The notes beneath the pieces are model-generated. The model had not been told where the DNA came from and did not search any database. It saw only the letters and a program-made list of their open reading frames with translations. From positions 789-64,788 of the forward strand of contig CAYZVO010000015.1 in NCBI GenBank assembly GCA_964481655.1: 64,000 nucleotides of DNA, read 5' to 3'. Below, one piece after another: positions 17,515 to 25,434 of the stretch; position 1 is the stretch's first letter, and each line of letters begins with the position of its first letter. Made by a program: the position numbers and the translations under genes. The stretch is from an uncultured Enterobacterales bacterium. Lineage in GTDB: Bacteria > Myxococcota_A > UBA796 > JAFGLY01.

Positions 17515-18084
17515 ATGCCACCCAAGGTGTCTACCACCGAAACCGAGATCCTCGACGCCGCCTTCGAGCTGGTCCGCAGCCAAGGCGTCCAGGCTCTCTC
17601 CGCCCGGGCCGTGGCCCAGGCCCTCGGCTGCTCCACGCAGCCAATCTACCGAGCGTTCGGGTCCATGTCCGGGCTCCGCGATGCTGTGTTCGAGCGCGCC
17701 TCCGAGGTCGCGTTGTCCTACCTCACCCGCGAGAGCGCGGAGCATCCCTTCCTGGGCATGGGCTACGGCAACCTGCGCTTCGCCCAGAACGAGCCCTGGC
17801 TCTACCAGCTCATCACCCGCGAAGACCGGGTGGTGCGGGACCTGATCGATGGCGCCGCGCCGCCCCCCTTCGTGCTCGAGCAGATGCGCGCGGTGCCCGA
17901 GCTGGCCTCGCTGGACCACGAGCAGCTGAGCCGCATCCACACCTTCCTGTGGTTCTTCAGCCAGGGCATCGCCACCGTCTTCGACGCGGCCACCGGCTCG
18001 GACCCGATGCCCATGGCGCGGGAGTACCTGACGCTGGCGGGCAAGGCCGTGATCGCGTGGGAGCTGTCCCAGGTGGACTCATGA
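17515..18084 (+). CDS. TetR/AcrR family transcriptional regulator
   Basis: AAGGAG RBS then ATG 17515. N-terminal HTH ILDAAFELVRSQGVQALSARAVAQALGCSTQPIYRAFGS. 189 aa. Confidence 0.85.
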   Translation: MPPKVSTTETEILDAAFELVRSQGVQALSARAVAQALGCSTQPIYRAFGSMSGLRDAVFERASEVALSYLTRESAEHPFLGMGYGNLRFAQNEPWLYQLITREDRVVRDLIDGAAPPPFVLEQMRAVPELASLDHEQLSRIHTFLWFFSQGIATVFDAATGSDPMPMAREYLTLAGKAVIAWELSQVDS

Positions 18085-19475
18085 ACATCGCCGTACTCCT
18101 GGGCAGCCCCTGCGGCCAGGACAGCATCACCCTGCTCTATGTGGAGTACGTGCGGCGCTCCTTCCCGGAGCATCACTTCGAGCTCATCGACATCGGGCGC
18201 GGGATGCGGCGCCTCGAGCGGGACCGTGAGCGCTTCGACGGGTTGGTGGCCACGCTGGCCAGCGCCGACGGGGTCCTCTGGACCTTCCCGGTCTACACCA
18301 TGCTCACCCCGGCCGCGGTGGTGCGCTTCGTGGAGCTGCTCTTCGAGCGCGACGCCGGCGTGGCGCTGGCCGGCAAGCCCTGCTCGATCCTGACCACCTC
18401 CGAGCACTTCTTCGACCACACCGCCCACGCCTACCTCGAGGCGATCTCCGAGGATCTCGGCATGGGGGTCTTCCGCGGCTACTCCGCGGCCATGGAGGAC
18501 CTGCTGAAGCCCGAGGGCCAGCACGGCCTGCGGGGCTGGGCGCACGCCTTCCTGCGGGCGGTGGAGCAGGACGCACCCCTCGAGCAGCACGTGGCCCCTG
18601 TCAGCTGGCAGCCGCACCCCTACCAGCCCGTCCTCGACGTGGAGCGCCCCGACAGCGGCGATCGGCGCATCACCGTCATCACCGATCTGCAGCCCGGCGA
18701 GGACAACCTCGCGCGGATGATCGAGGCCTTCGTGCACTACGCGGCCCACCCCGTGGACGTGCTCAACCTGCGGGAGATCGGCATGAAGGGCAGCTGCCTG
18801 GGCTGCCTGCGCTGCGTGCACGACGGCAGCTGCGTCTACAACGACGGCTTCGATGCGGCCTTCGACGAGCGCATCCAGACCGCCGATGTCCTGGTGTTCG
18901 CCTCCGCGGTCCACCACCGCTACCTGTCGTCGGTCTTCAAGACCTACTTCGACCGCAACTTCCGCAATGGCCACCGGCCGGTCTTGCACGGCAAGCCCGT
19001 GGGCTGGCTCATCTCCGGGCCGCTGCGACAGCTGCCCAACCTGCGGCGCATCGTGGAGGCCAAGGCCCAGGTCCAGCACAGCCCGCGCCTGGGCCTGGTC
19101 ACCGACGAGTACGGCCACGACGCGGCCATCACCGCTCGCATCGTCGAGCTGGCCACCGCGGTGGACCGCTGGGACGCCGAGCCGTGGATGCGTCCCCTGA
19201 CCTTCCCCGGGGTGGGCGGCCGCAAGATCTTCCGTGACCTGATGTGGGCCATGCGCGGCATCGTCCGCGCGGATCACGCCTACTACGCCCGCGAGGGGCT
19301 CTACGACTTCCCCCAGCGGGACCGCGGCCGCACCCTCTTCAACTGGGTGATGGCGGCGCTGATGGCCCTGCCCTGGACCCGGGGCTGGGTGCTGAAGAAC
19401 ATGCCAATGCTCAAGACTCAGCAGCTCCGCAAGCTGGTCGAGCAGGTCGGGCCGCCCGCCGCCGACCCGGCCTGA
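18081..19475 (+). CDS. fused two-domain flavodoxin-like / NAD(P)H-dependent FMN reductase; second domain iron-sulfur flavoprotein-like
   Basis: ATG 18081 overlaps the TetR stop (ATGA). Domain 1 has MNIAVLLGSP...ADGVLWTFPVY. Domain 2 has ITVITD...CLGCLRCVHDGSC...ADVLVFASAVH. The CX2CX2CX5C motif at nt 18795-18833 matches the compact 4Fe-4S motif described for iron-sulfur flavoproteins. Confidence 0.7.
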   Translation: MNIAVLLGSPCGQDSITLLYVEYVRRSFPEHHFELIDIGRGMRRLERDRERFDGLVATLASADGVLWTFPVYTMLTPAAVVRFVELLFERDAGVALAGKPCSILTTSEHFFDHTAHAYLEAISEDLGMGVFRGYSAAMEDLLKPEGQHGLRGWAHAFLRAVEQDAPLEQHVAPVSWQPHPYQPVLDVERPDSGDRRITVITDLQPGEDNLARMIEAFVHYAAHPVDVLNLREIGMKGSCLGCLRCVHDGSCVYNDGFDAAFDERIQTADVLVFASAVHHRYLSSVFKTYFDRNFRNGHRPVLHGKPVGWLISGPLRQLPNLRRIVEAKAQVQHSPRLGLVTDEYGHDAAITARIVELATAVDRWDAEPWMRPLTFPGVGGRKIFRDLMWAMRGIVRADHAYYAREGLYDFPQRDRGRTLFNWVMAALMALPWTRGWVLKNMPMLKTQQLRKLVEQVGPPAADPA

Positions 19476-19540
19476 CCCCCACATGCCCCCCCGTCCGTGG
19501 CGGGGGCTCGATAGCTGGGCGCTCCCTGTCGGAGTGACCC

Positions 19541-20320
19541 ATGGCCCGCCCCCGCTCTCTGGCCGCCCCCCTGATGCCCATGCTGATCCTCGGGCTGGCC
19601 TGCGGGTTGGGGAGCTTCGACATCGTGGCCTACCAGGAGGCCGAAGCCGAGCACGCGGCCATGGTCGCTGGCCTGCAGGCCATCCACGCCGAGCTGTCGG
19701 CCCTCGATGCGCCCGCGACCGAGCCCAGCCCCGACGCGGACATCGACGCCTGGTTCGAGCGCCAGCGGGCCGCCGAGGCGGTGCCGGCCTTGGTGGGCTC
19801 TCTGCCCACGGTGGAGCACGACTTCCTCTCCCACCTCAGCCACAGCTTCGAGGCCGGCGATCAGCCCTGGTCCTGGATGCGCACCGGCTGGGTGGGGGGC
19901 TTCGACGGTGTGTTCCTCGAGCCGGAGGTCGAGGATCCCGAGAGCATGATGGGTCGCCTCGAGCGCAGCGCGGCGGCCGCCAACAGCCGCGATCGCATCG
20001 ACGGCATCAAGGTCGAGCGCTACCTCGGCGTGCTGGTCCCCGAGCAGGCCCGGCTGCCTGTCGTGACCGCAGACGACTACCTGGGTGGGATCTTTCAGGG
20101 TTGGCTGGTCATCTACGACCTGCACGGCTTCGCGCGCCTCTGCCAGGCCCCCGTCGTCGCGGTGAGCGGTGACGAGGTGGAGTTCTCCACCGGGCCCATC
20201 GGCCGCGGTGCCCACAGCGCCGTCCAGCACGACTTCGAGATCAAGGTCGAGCTGGCGGTGGAGGACGCCCTGCGGACCATCAGCGATGAGCTGCGGGCTC
20301 CGGTGCTGACCGGCTTCTAG
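19541..20320 (+). CDS. hypothetical lipoprotein
   Basis: GGAG RBS. MARPRSLAAPLMPMLILGLACG lipobox. 259 aa with high GC3. No motif recognised. Confidence 0.65.
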   Translation: MARPRSLAAPLMPMLILGLACGLGSFDIVAYQEAEAEHAAMVAGLQAIHAELSALDAPATEPSPDADIDAWFERQRAAEAVPALVGSLPTVEHDFLSHLSHSFEAGDQPWSWMRTGWVGGFDGVFLEPEVEDPESMMGRLERSAAAANSRDRIDGIKVERYLGVLVPEQARLPVVTADDYLGGIFQGWLVIYDLHGFARLCQAPVVAVSGDEVEFSTGPIGRGAHSAVQHDFEIKVELAVEDALRTISDELRAPVLTGF

Positions 20321-20787
20321 TAGCTGAAGACCGCGGCTCCAGCGTCCATCGCGCCGAACAGGCTCTCGCGGCTGGCCAGCTGCACGCCTTCGATGAGCTC
20401 CGCCTCCGTCAGGCCCGCGTTCTCGAGGCAGTGGGGGCAGACCAGCACGGTGGCGCCGTCGGCGATGAGCTGCTCGAGGGTGGCCTTGATGGGCGTGCCG
20501 TCCACGAAGCCGAGCGTGGCGGGGAAGGCCTCCCCCGCGATGACGGGGGCGGCGACGTTGAGGAAGACGGTGACCTCGCGGCCGTCGGCCACGCCGTGGG
20601 CGGCCAGGCCCAGGCCCATGCTGAGGGTCTGGATGTCGGCGGTGCCCGCGGTGAGGTTGATGATCATGGCCCGCTTGACGACCTCGACCGGCTCCGCCGC
20701 CTTCTTCTTGGCGATGGCCGGGTTGGGGGCGGCGAGGGCGCCGATGACGGCGGCCAGCAGGACGGTGAGCAGCAGGTTGCGGCGCAT
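20317..20787 (-). CDS. DsrE/DsrF-like family protein with signal peptide
   Basis: ATG 20787 (GGAG RBS) gives MRRNLLLTVLLAAVIGALAAPNPAIA. The body (MIINLTAG...VTVFLNVAAP...LVCPHCLENAG) resembles the DsrE-like sulfur-relay fold. The rest of track ORF 20317..21321 is antisense to the next gene. Confidence 0.6.
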   Translation of the reverse strand: MRRNLLLTVLLAAVIGALAAPNPAIAKKKAAEPVEVVKRAMIINLTAGTADIQTLSMGLGLAAHGVADGREVTVFLNVAAPVIAGEAFPATLGFVDGTPIKATLEQLIADGATVLVCPHCLENAGLTEAELIEGVQLASRESLFGAMDAGAAVFSY

Positions 20788-20839
20788 GGTGTCTCCGAAC
20801 AGGGGATAGGGAAAGCGAGATACAGTAACCGGGGCGCCG

Positions 20840-22354
20840 ATGGAACGGGACCGGGGATACGCTGTCGACCCCCAGGTGCATCCCATGGACGACGAGCCCG
20901 ATCTCCGCGCCATCCTCCGCGCCCAGCGCCGGGCGCTGATGTTGAAGATCGCCCTGGCGGCGGGTGTGTTCCTGGTGATCTTCGCCGCGTCGGTGCACAA
21001 GCCGCTGCTGGGCTTCGTCGACGGCTGGCTGCACGGGGACCACGATCTGCTCGGCCGCTCCCTGTGGGCACCGCCGGAGCTGCCGGCGGACCCTGGCGCC
21101 ATCGACGGCGTGGATCTGCACCGGGTGCACGCGGAGCTCATCCCCGGCTGGTTCATCGTCCTCGCCCGGCTCGACCCGGAGTCCCCCCGGGTCCAGGAGG
21201 CCCTGGGTGCCTTGCAGGAGGGCGTCGCCGGGTCGCCCCAGCTGCTGGCCATCGTCTCGGAGCTGCACACCCTCGTCGCGGAGGACCCCTGGGCCAACTC
21301 GGACCGCATCTTCGCGCTCACGGACGCCTGGAACGTTCACCTGCGGGCGCTGGGCCAGCCCTGGCACCTCGAGTCCAACGTGGTGGACATGGGCAGCGGC
21401 CCCTTCTTCTACGCCAAGAGCTACCGGGTGGAGGCCGATCTGGTGGTCCCGGTCGAGGGGATCGACACCCCCCTGAAGGTCCTTCGGCGCGTGGACAACA
21501 CCAACGTCCGCGAGAGCTACCTGGGCATGGTGGTGCAGGGGCAGGAGCAGGCGCTGGTGATGGTGGATCGGGTGCGGGAGCTGGCGCTGGACGAGCTGTG
21601 GCCCCTGATGGACCCAGCGCTGGATCCCGAGCTGTCCGCCTACGAGGCCGCGTTCGCCACCGCGGTGCGCGCCGAGGTCCTCGGCGGCTTCGCACCCGAG
21701 CACCAGCGGGTCCTGTCCCGCACCGCTCGCGCCCGCTTCGAGCTCATGTCGGTGGCCTCGGCCATGGAGTTGAGGCAGGCCTGCGGCGGTGGCTTGCGTG
21801 TGCTGCAGGTGCCCTGGCAGGGCATGGACGCGTCCGAGCTCGACGGGCTCGAGCAGCTGGCGCGTCGGGACGCCCACCAGGCCTGCCCCTCGGTGACCCT
21901 GGGAGAGGTGGACCGCCTGCGGGAGGCCACCGCCGCGGTGCGCGCCGAGGCCGAGCTCGAGCCGGCCCTCGAGTCCCTGGCGGCCTGGGCGGCCCGGGGC
22001 ACCGCTGTGCACGAGCTGCGCCACGTGGCCGACACCCGCGCCCACGGTGAGGGGCGGCTGCCGTGCACGGGCTGCGACGAGCTGTCCGTGGCGGCGGTGC
22101 GCGAGGCCTCGGCCTACCTCGCCTCCACGGCCTGGAGTCGGGCGCGGGCCAGCGCCCTGTACCAGGCCTGCAGCCAGACCAGCGGGGCCCACGCGGCGGC
22201 GGTGGACTGGCTGGGCGACCGGCTGGGTGGCGCCTGCGAGGGGCCGCCTGTCGATCTGGGGGAGCGCGCGGAGGCCCTCGAGGCCGAGTTGTTCGGCGCC
22301 CGTGGTTCCATCGTGCTCCCGCCCGGCTGGCCCGAGCGGCTCCCGGTGCGCTGA
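20840..22354 (+). CDS. membrane-anchored hypothetical protein with HExxH (putative zincin) motif
   Basis: 504 aa. One TM segment, LMLKIALAAGVFLVIFAASV. GTAVHELRHVAD, with Glu residues 19 and 27 positions after the second His (DELS..VREASAYL), resembles gluzincin spacing. Confidence 0.6.
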   Translation: MERDRGYAVDPQVHPMDDEPDLRAILRAQRRALMLKIALAAGVFLVIFAASVHKPLLGFVDGWLHGDHDLLGRSLWAPPELPADPGAIDGVDLHRVHAELIPGWFIVLARLDPESPRVQEALGALQEGVAGSPQLLAIVSELHTLVAEDPWANSDRIFALTDAWNVHLRALGQPWHLESNVVDMGSGPFFYAKSYRVEADLVVPVEGIDTPLKVLRRVDNTNVRESYLGMVVQGQEQALVMVDRVRELALDELWPLMDPALDPELSAYEAAFATAVRAEVLGGFAPEHQRVLSRTARARFELMSVASAMELRQACGGGLRVLQVPWQGMDASELDGLEQLARRDAHQACPSVTLGEVDRLREATAAVRAEAELEPALESLAAWAARGTAVHELRHVADTRAHGEGRLPCTGCDELSVAAVREASAYLASTAWSRARASALYQACSQTSGAHAAAVDWLGDRLGGACEGPPVDLGERAEALEAELFGARGSIVLPPGWPERLPVR

Positions 22355-22355
22355 T

Positions 22356-23816
22356 CTAGAACTCGGCCCTGGCTTCGATCACGCGGTTCACCCGGCATTG
22401 GCAGCCCAGGTGGAAGGGGGGCAGCCCCCGTCTGGCCAGGCGGGCCGGGGTGGTGGGGCGGCCGTGCTGCGCGCGGCAGCGCTGGCAGGACGCCCGATCT
22501 CCACCGCCGATCTCCACCAGGGCGGGCTCGTCCTGGGCGTGGGCGGCGGCCTTGCGCAGGGTCTGGGTGGCCTCGAGGCGGGTGACGTGGGCCAGCACGA
22601 TCCAGGCGGCGGCCTGGGCCATGGGGTCCCGGGCGTGCTTGGAACGATCCTCGAGCTCCGGCCAGCGCCACTGGACGTCTCGCAGCAGCTGGCCCACCTC
22701 GTCGCACAGGACCAAGTAGTCCTCGTCGGCCCGCCCGAGGATGGTCTCGAGGGTCCGCCGGTCCCTGGGGTTGGCCAGCTCCATGGCGGCCAGGGGACCG
22801 GGGAGCTCGTCGAGGGCGGCGTCCAGGGGATCGGTCGCGGGCTCGAGGCCGAACAGGCGGGACAGGAAGGCCCCGTCGATGGGAGTGGTCGCGGCCTTCT
22901 GGGCCGTGTAGGCGAGGGCGCGGGCGACGGCCATGGCCGGGTTGGTGTCGTCCTCGTCTCCGACGGTCCGCAGGCCCTCGTGCTGGTGGGGGTCCAGATC
23001 CAGGTTGGCGCCGAACCCGGTGGGGTGGAGCACCAGCACCTGGGCCTGGCAGCGCAGATCCACGTGACCCGGCAGCACCAGCCGGACCATGATCTCCTGG
23101 TCGAGCGCGGGCGGCGGCCCCTGGTAGGGGACGAAGGCGACGCCCTGGTGGAGCCAGGAGGCCCAGTCCCGGCGCCAGGCGTCCAGGCCCTGGTAGTGGA
23201 GCTCGACGATGGGCGGTTCCAGCTCGAGGTAGGCCCGGACCTCGGGGTCGTGGTCGTGGGGGGTGACCACGCCGCGTTCCCCTGGCAGCGGATCGGCGAA
23301 GGCGGCCCGCAGCACCGCGCGCAGGGCCTGGCGGCGGCTGCCCTGGTGCTCGACGGACTGGGAGACGGACAGGGAGCGATCCGCCCCCCAGGTGGAGGCG
23401 GGCGGGCGGGCGGCCTGCTCGCCGGCGGCGCGGGGGAGCTCCCCGTGGACCCGCGAGGGCACGCGGGAGCCCACCTGGCTGTCCAGCGGGCCGGCGTCGG
23501 AGGTGGAGCCCTCGGCTCCCTGCTGTTCCTCGTACCAGTCCTGCAGGGCCTGGCGGTCGGCCCGCCGCATCTCGAGGATGCGCAGCAGGTAGCGGTTGAG
23601 GCGGGGCGCGCGGATGTCGGCCTTGGCGACTTCGGCGATGCCGGTGACCGTCTGCTCCCAGCCGGTGAGCTCGAGCTGGAACTCCAGGAAGTCCCCGGTG
23701 CGGTAGCGGGCGTCGGTGGTGATGCCGGCCCGGCCGCGCCCCAGGCGCACCAGCGTGCCGAAGTGGATGCCGTCACCGCGGCGTAGTGAGATGCCTGCGT
23801 AGACCTTGATCGTCAA
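22356..23816 (-). CDS. PilZ-like tandem-domain protein with C-terminal Mu gpF/SPP1 gp7-like zinc-knuckle motif
   Basis: Proposed TTG start at 23816, 6 nt after GGGAGC. The ATG-initiated track ORF (to 24350) would overlap the divergent gene, and its extra N-terminus is the antisense of a DTD repeat. There are two PilZ-like beta-barrel patterns, although canonical RxxxR/DxSxxG is not intact. C-terminus: VTRLEA...DRASCQRCRAQHGR...LPPFHLGCQCRV. Confidence 0.55.
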   Translation of the reverse strand: MTIKVYAGISLRRGDGIHFGTLVRLGRGRAGITTDARYRTGDFLEFQLELTGWEQTVTGIAEVAKADIRAPRLNRYLLRILEMRRADRQALQDWYEEQQGAEGSTSDAGPLDSQVGSRVPSRVHGELPRAAGEQAARPPASTWGADRSLSVSQSVEHQGSRRQALRAVLRAAFADPLPGERGVVTPHDHDPEVRAYLELEPPIVELHYQGLDAWRRDWASWLHQGVAFVPYQGPPPALDQEIMVRLVLPGHVDLRCQAQVLVLHPTGFGANLDLDPHQHEGLRTVGDEDDTNPAMAVARALAYTAQKAATTPIDGAFLSRLFGLEPATDPLDAALDELPGPLAAMELANPRDRRTLETILGRADEDYLVLCDEVGQLLRDVQWRWPELEDRSKHARDPMAQAAAWIVLAHVTRLEATQTLRKAAAHAQDEPALVEIGGGDRASCQRCRAQHGRPTTPARLARRGLPPFHLGCQCRVNRVIEARAEF

Positions 23817-23960
23817 GTGATGCTCCCGGCCCGATCGGATGGGCTGCCCCTGTTCGAACTGGGGGTATCGGTCATTCTGTGCGCCGGCCAGCGTCCCGTC
23901 GTTGGCATGACATGTGATGACAGTGGTCCTCGAAGGGTGATTTCCATGCGCTGGGCCGCT

Positions 23961-23989
23961 GTCGAACCATGTGCGCGCTCTGGTATGAT
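23961..23989 (+). promoter_or_regulatory. candidate sigma-70 extended -10 promoter for the nine-gene lipoprotein operon
   Basis: TGgTATGAT at 23981-23989 (extended -10). A weak -35, GTCGAA, sits 17 nt upstream. The -10 ends 26 nt before ATG 24016. The region is locally AT-richer. Confidence 0.4.
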
Positions 23990-24015
23990 GCCCGCCCCTG
24001 CAGCAGGGAGCCCCC

Positions 24016-25434
24016 ATGCGCACCACCGTCCTCTGCCTGTCCGCCCTCGCCTTGCACACCGGCTGTCCTGGCCCGGAGTGTGGCCCGGGCACCCACCTCG
24101 AGGACGGTCTGTGCGTGCCCGACGAGCCCGAGGGCGACACCGACACGGACGCCGACGGGGACACCGACACCGACACGGACACCGACACCGACGCCGACAC
24201 GGACCTCGAGCCGGATCCGCCCATCGGCTGCCCGCCCCTGTCCCCCTCGTTCGGGAACGAGGTGATCATCCCCTCCGGCAACGCCTCGGCCCTGCGCACG
24301 GCGGTGGACACCGCGTCGGAGGGGGACGTCATCCTGCTCGAGGACGGCACCTACAACCTGAACGGCGACTACCTGTGGATGGACGTGGACGATGTGGTCC
24401 TGCGCTCCCAGAGCGGCGACCGCGACGCGGTGATCCTCGACGGTGGGTACATCACCACCGAGATCATCAACATGGTGGGCTCGAACATCACCGTGGCCGA
24501 CATCACCATCCAGCGCTGCTCGAGCTGCGCCCTGCACGTGCAGCCGGCCAACGGCTACGACACCACCGGCCACCTGATCTACAACGTCGCGATCATCGAT
24601 CCCGGCGAGCACGCCATCAAGGTCAACCAGAACGGGGGCTACTACACGGACAACGGCACCATCGCCTGTTCCTGGATGGAGCTGACCGACGAGGGCCGGC
24701 CCCACGTCTCCACCTACAGCACCGGCTGCTACACCGGCGGCATCGACACCCACAACACCCGCGGCTGGAAGCACTACGACAACCACATCGAGGGCTTCTG
24801 GTGTGAGTCGGGCCTGTCCGAGCACGGCATCCACCTGTGGAACGGCAACGCCGACACCCTCATCGCCCGCAACACCATCGTGAACGTGGCCCGCGGCATC
24901 GGGCTGGGCATGGCCACCGCCGACGACAACGAGCGGGGCTTCGAGTCCGAGTACAGCTGCGTGAACGGCGCCCACCCCGACGACTTCGCCGCCACCGTGC
25001 GCAACAACACCGTCTTCGCCGACGATCCGCGCCTGTTCGCCTCGGGCTCCGGCTTCGACGCGGGCATCGAGATCGAGAACGCCTGTGATGCCAAGCTGCT
25101 GCACAACACCGTCTACAGCAGCTCGGCGCCGTACTCATCCATGTCCTGGCGCTACCCCACCTCCAGCGGGCATGTGGCCAACAACCTGCTCTCCCACAAC
25201 CTGCGGGAGCGCATCGAGTCCGGCGAGGACCCGGCCGATGTGCTCGCCGAGGGCAACATCCAGGACGCCCCGGCGGATCTGTTCGAGGACGCCCTCGCGG
25301 GTGAGCTGCACCTCGTGACCGGGGCCAGCGCCGCGGACGCGGGGGTCGCGCTCACCGGCGACAGCGCCGTGACCCACGACATGGACGGCGAGCTCCGGGA
25401 CAGCAGCCCGGACGTGGGCGCGGACGAGCTGTGA
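24016..25434 (+). CDS. right-handed parallel beta-helix (pectin-lyase fold) lipoprotein with CGPGTHLEDG/DTD leader
   Basis: MRTTVLCLSALALHTGC lipobox, ECGPGTHLEDGLCV, a DTD repeat linker, and repeated NxxI/V beta-helix rungs (NITVADITIQ, NTIVNVARGIGL, NNTVF, HNTVY). C-terminal D..G..R......DVGADE motif as in 'choice-of-anchor Q'-type proteins. Confidence 0.75.
   Translation: MRTTVLCLSALALHTGCPGPECGPGTHLEDGLCVPDEPEGDTDTDADGDTDTDTDTDTDADTDLEPDPPIGCPPLSPSFGNEVIIPSGNASALRTAVDTASEGDVILLEDGTYNLNGDYLWMDVDDVVLRSQSGDRDAVILDGGYITTEIINMVGSNITVADITIQRCSSCALHVQPANGYDTTGHLIYNVAIIDPGEHAIKVNQNGGYYTDNGTIACSWMELTDEGRPHVSTYSTGCYTGGIDTHNTRGWKHYDNHIEGFWCESGLSEHGIHLWNGNADTLIARNTIVNVARGIGLGMATADDNERGFESEYSCVNGAHPDDFAATVRNNTVFADDPRLFASGSGFDAGIEIENACDAKLLHNTVYSSSAPYSSMSWRYPTSSGHVANNLLSHNLRERIESGEDPADVLAEGNIQDAPADLFEDALAGELHLVTGASAADAGVALTGDSAVTHDMDGELRDSSPDVGADEL
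24136..24204 (+). repeat. imperfect hexanucleotide (GACACS/GACGCC) repeat encoding a D-T-D-A linker
   Basis: gacaccgacacggacgccgac... read directly from the sequence. In frame within CDS 24016..25434. Confidence 0.9.

Noticed and set aside
19484-19510. GC hairpin (CCCCCG ... CGGGGG) after the flavoprotein gene as a terminator
   Set aside because: It has a 6-bp stem and a 7-nt loop, with no U-tract. It is indistinguishable from chance GC-rich self-complementarity.
19418-22192. 924-aa minus-strand ORF spanning three annotated genes
   Set aside because: It runs antisense or alternate-frame through the lipoprotein, DsrE-like and HExxH genes. It is Arg/Gly/Pro-rich, with no recognisable domain.
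22356-23816. Prophage or mobile element suggested by the Mu gpF-like motif
   Set aside because: No terminase, portal, capsid, integrase or transposase-like ORFs, att-like repeats or compositional shift are visible in the flanks. The motif sits in a chromosomal-looking gene with PilZ-like domains.
24136-24204. Possibility that the GACACC/GACGCC tandem tracts (also 31338-31436, 36891-36977, 43771-43848) are CRISPR-like or non-coding satellite arrays
   Set aside because: The repeat unit is 6 nt with no spacers. All tracts are in frame inside well-supported lipoprotein genes and encode Asp/Thr/Ala linkers.
23817-24350. N-terminal extension of ORF 22356..24350 to its first ATG
   Set aside because: It would overlap the divergent beta-helix gene by more than 300 nt. 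The extension includes SVSASVSVSVSVSVSPS, which is simply the antisense reading of the DTD hexanucleotide repeat. A TTG with an SD at 23816 gives a sensible N-terminus.
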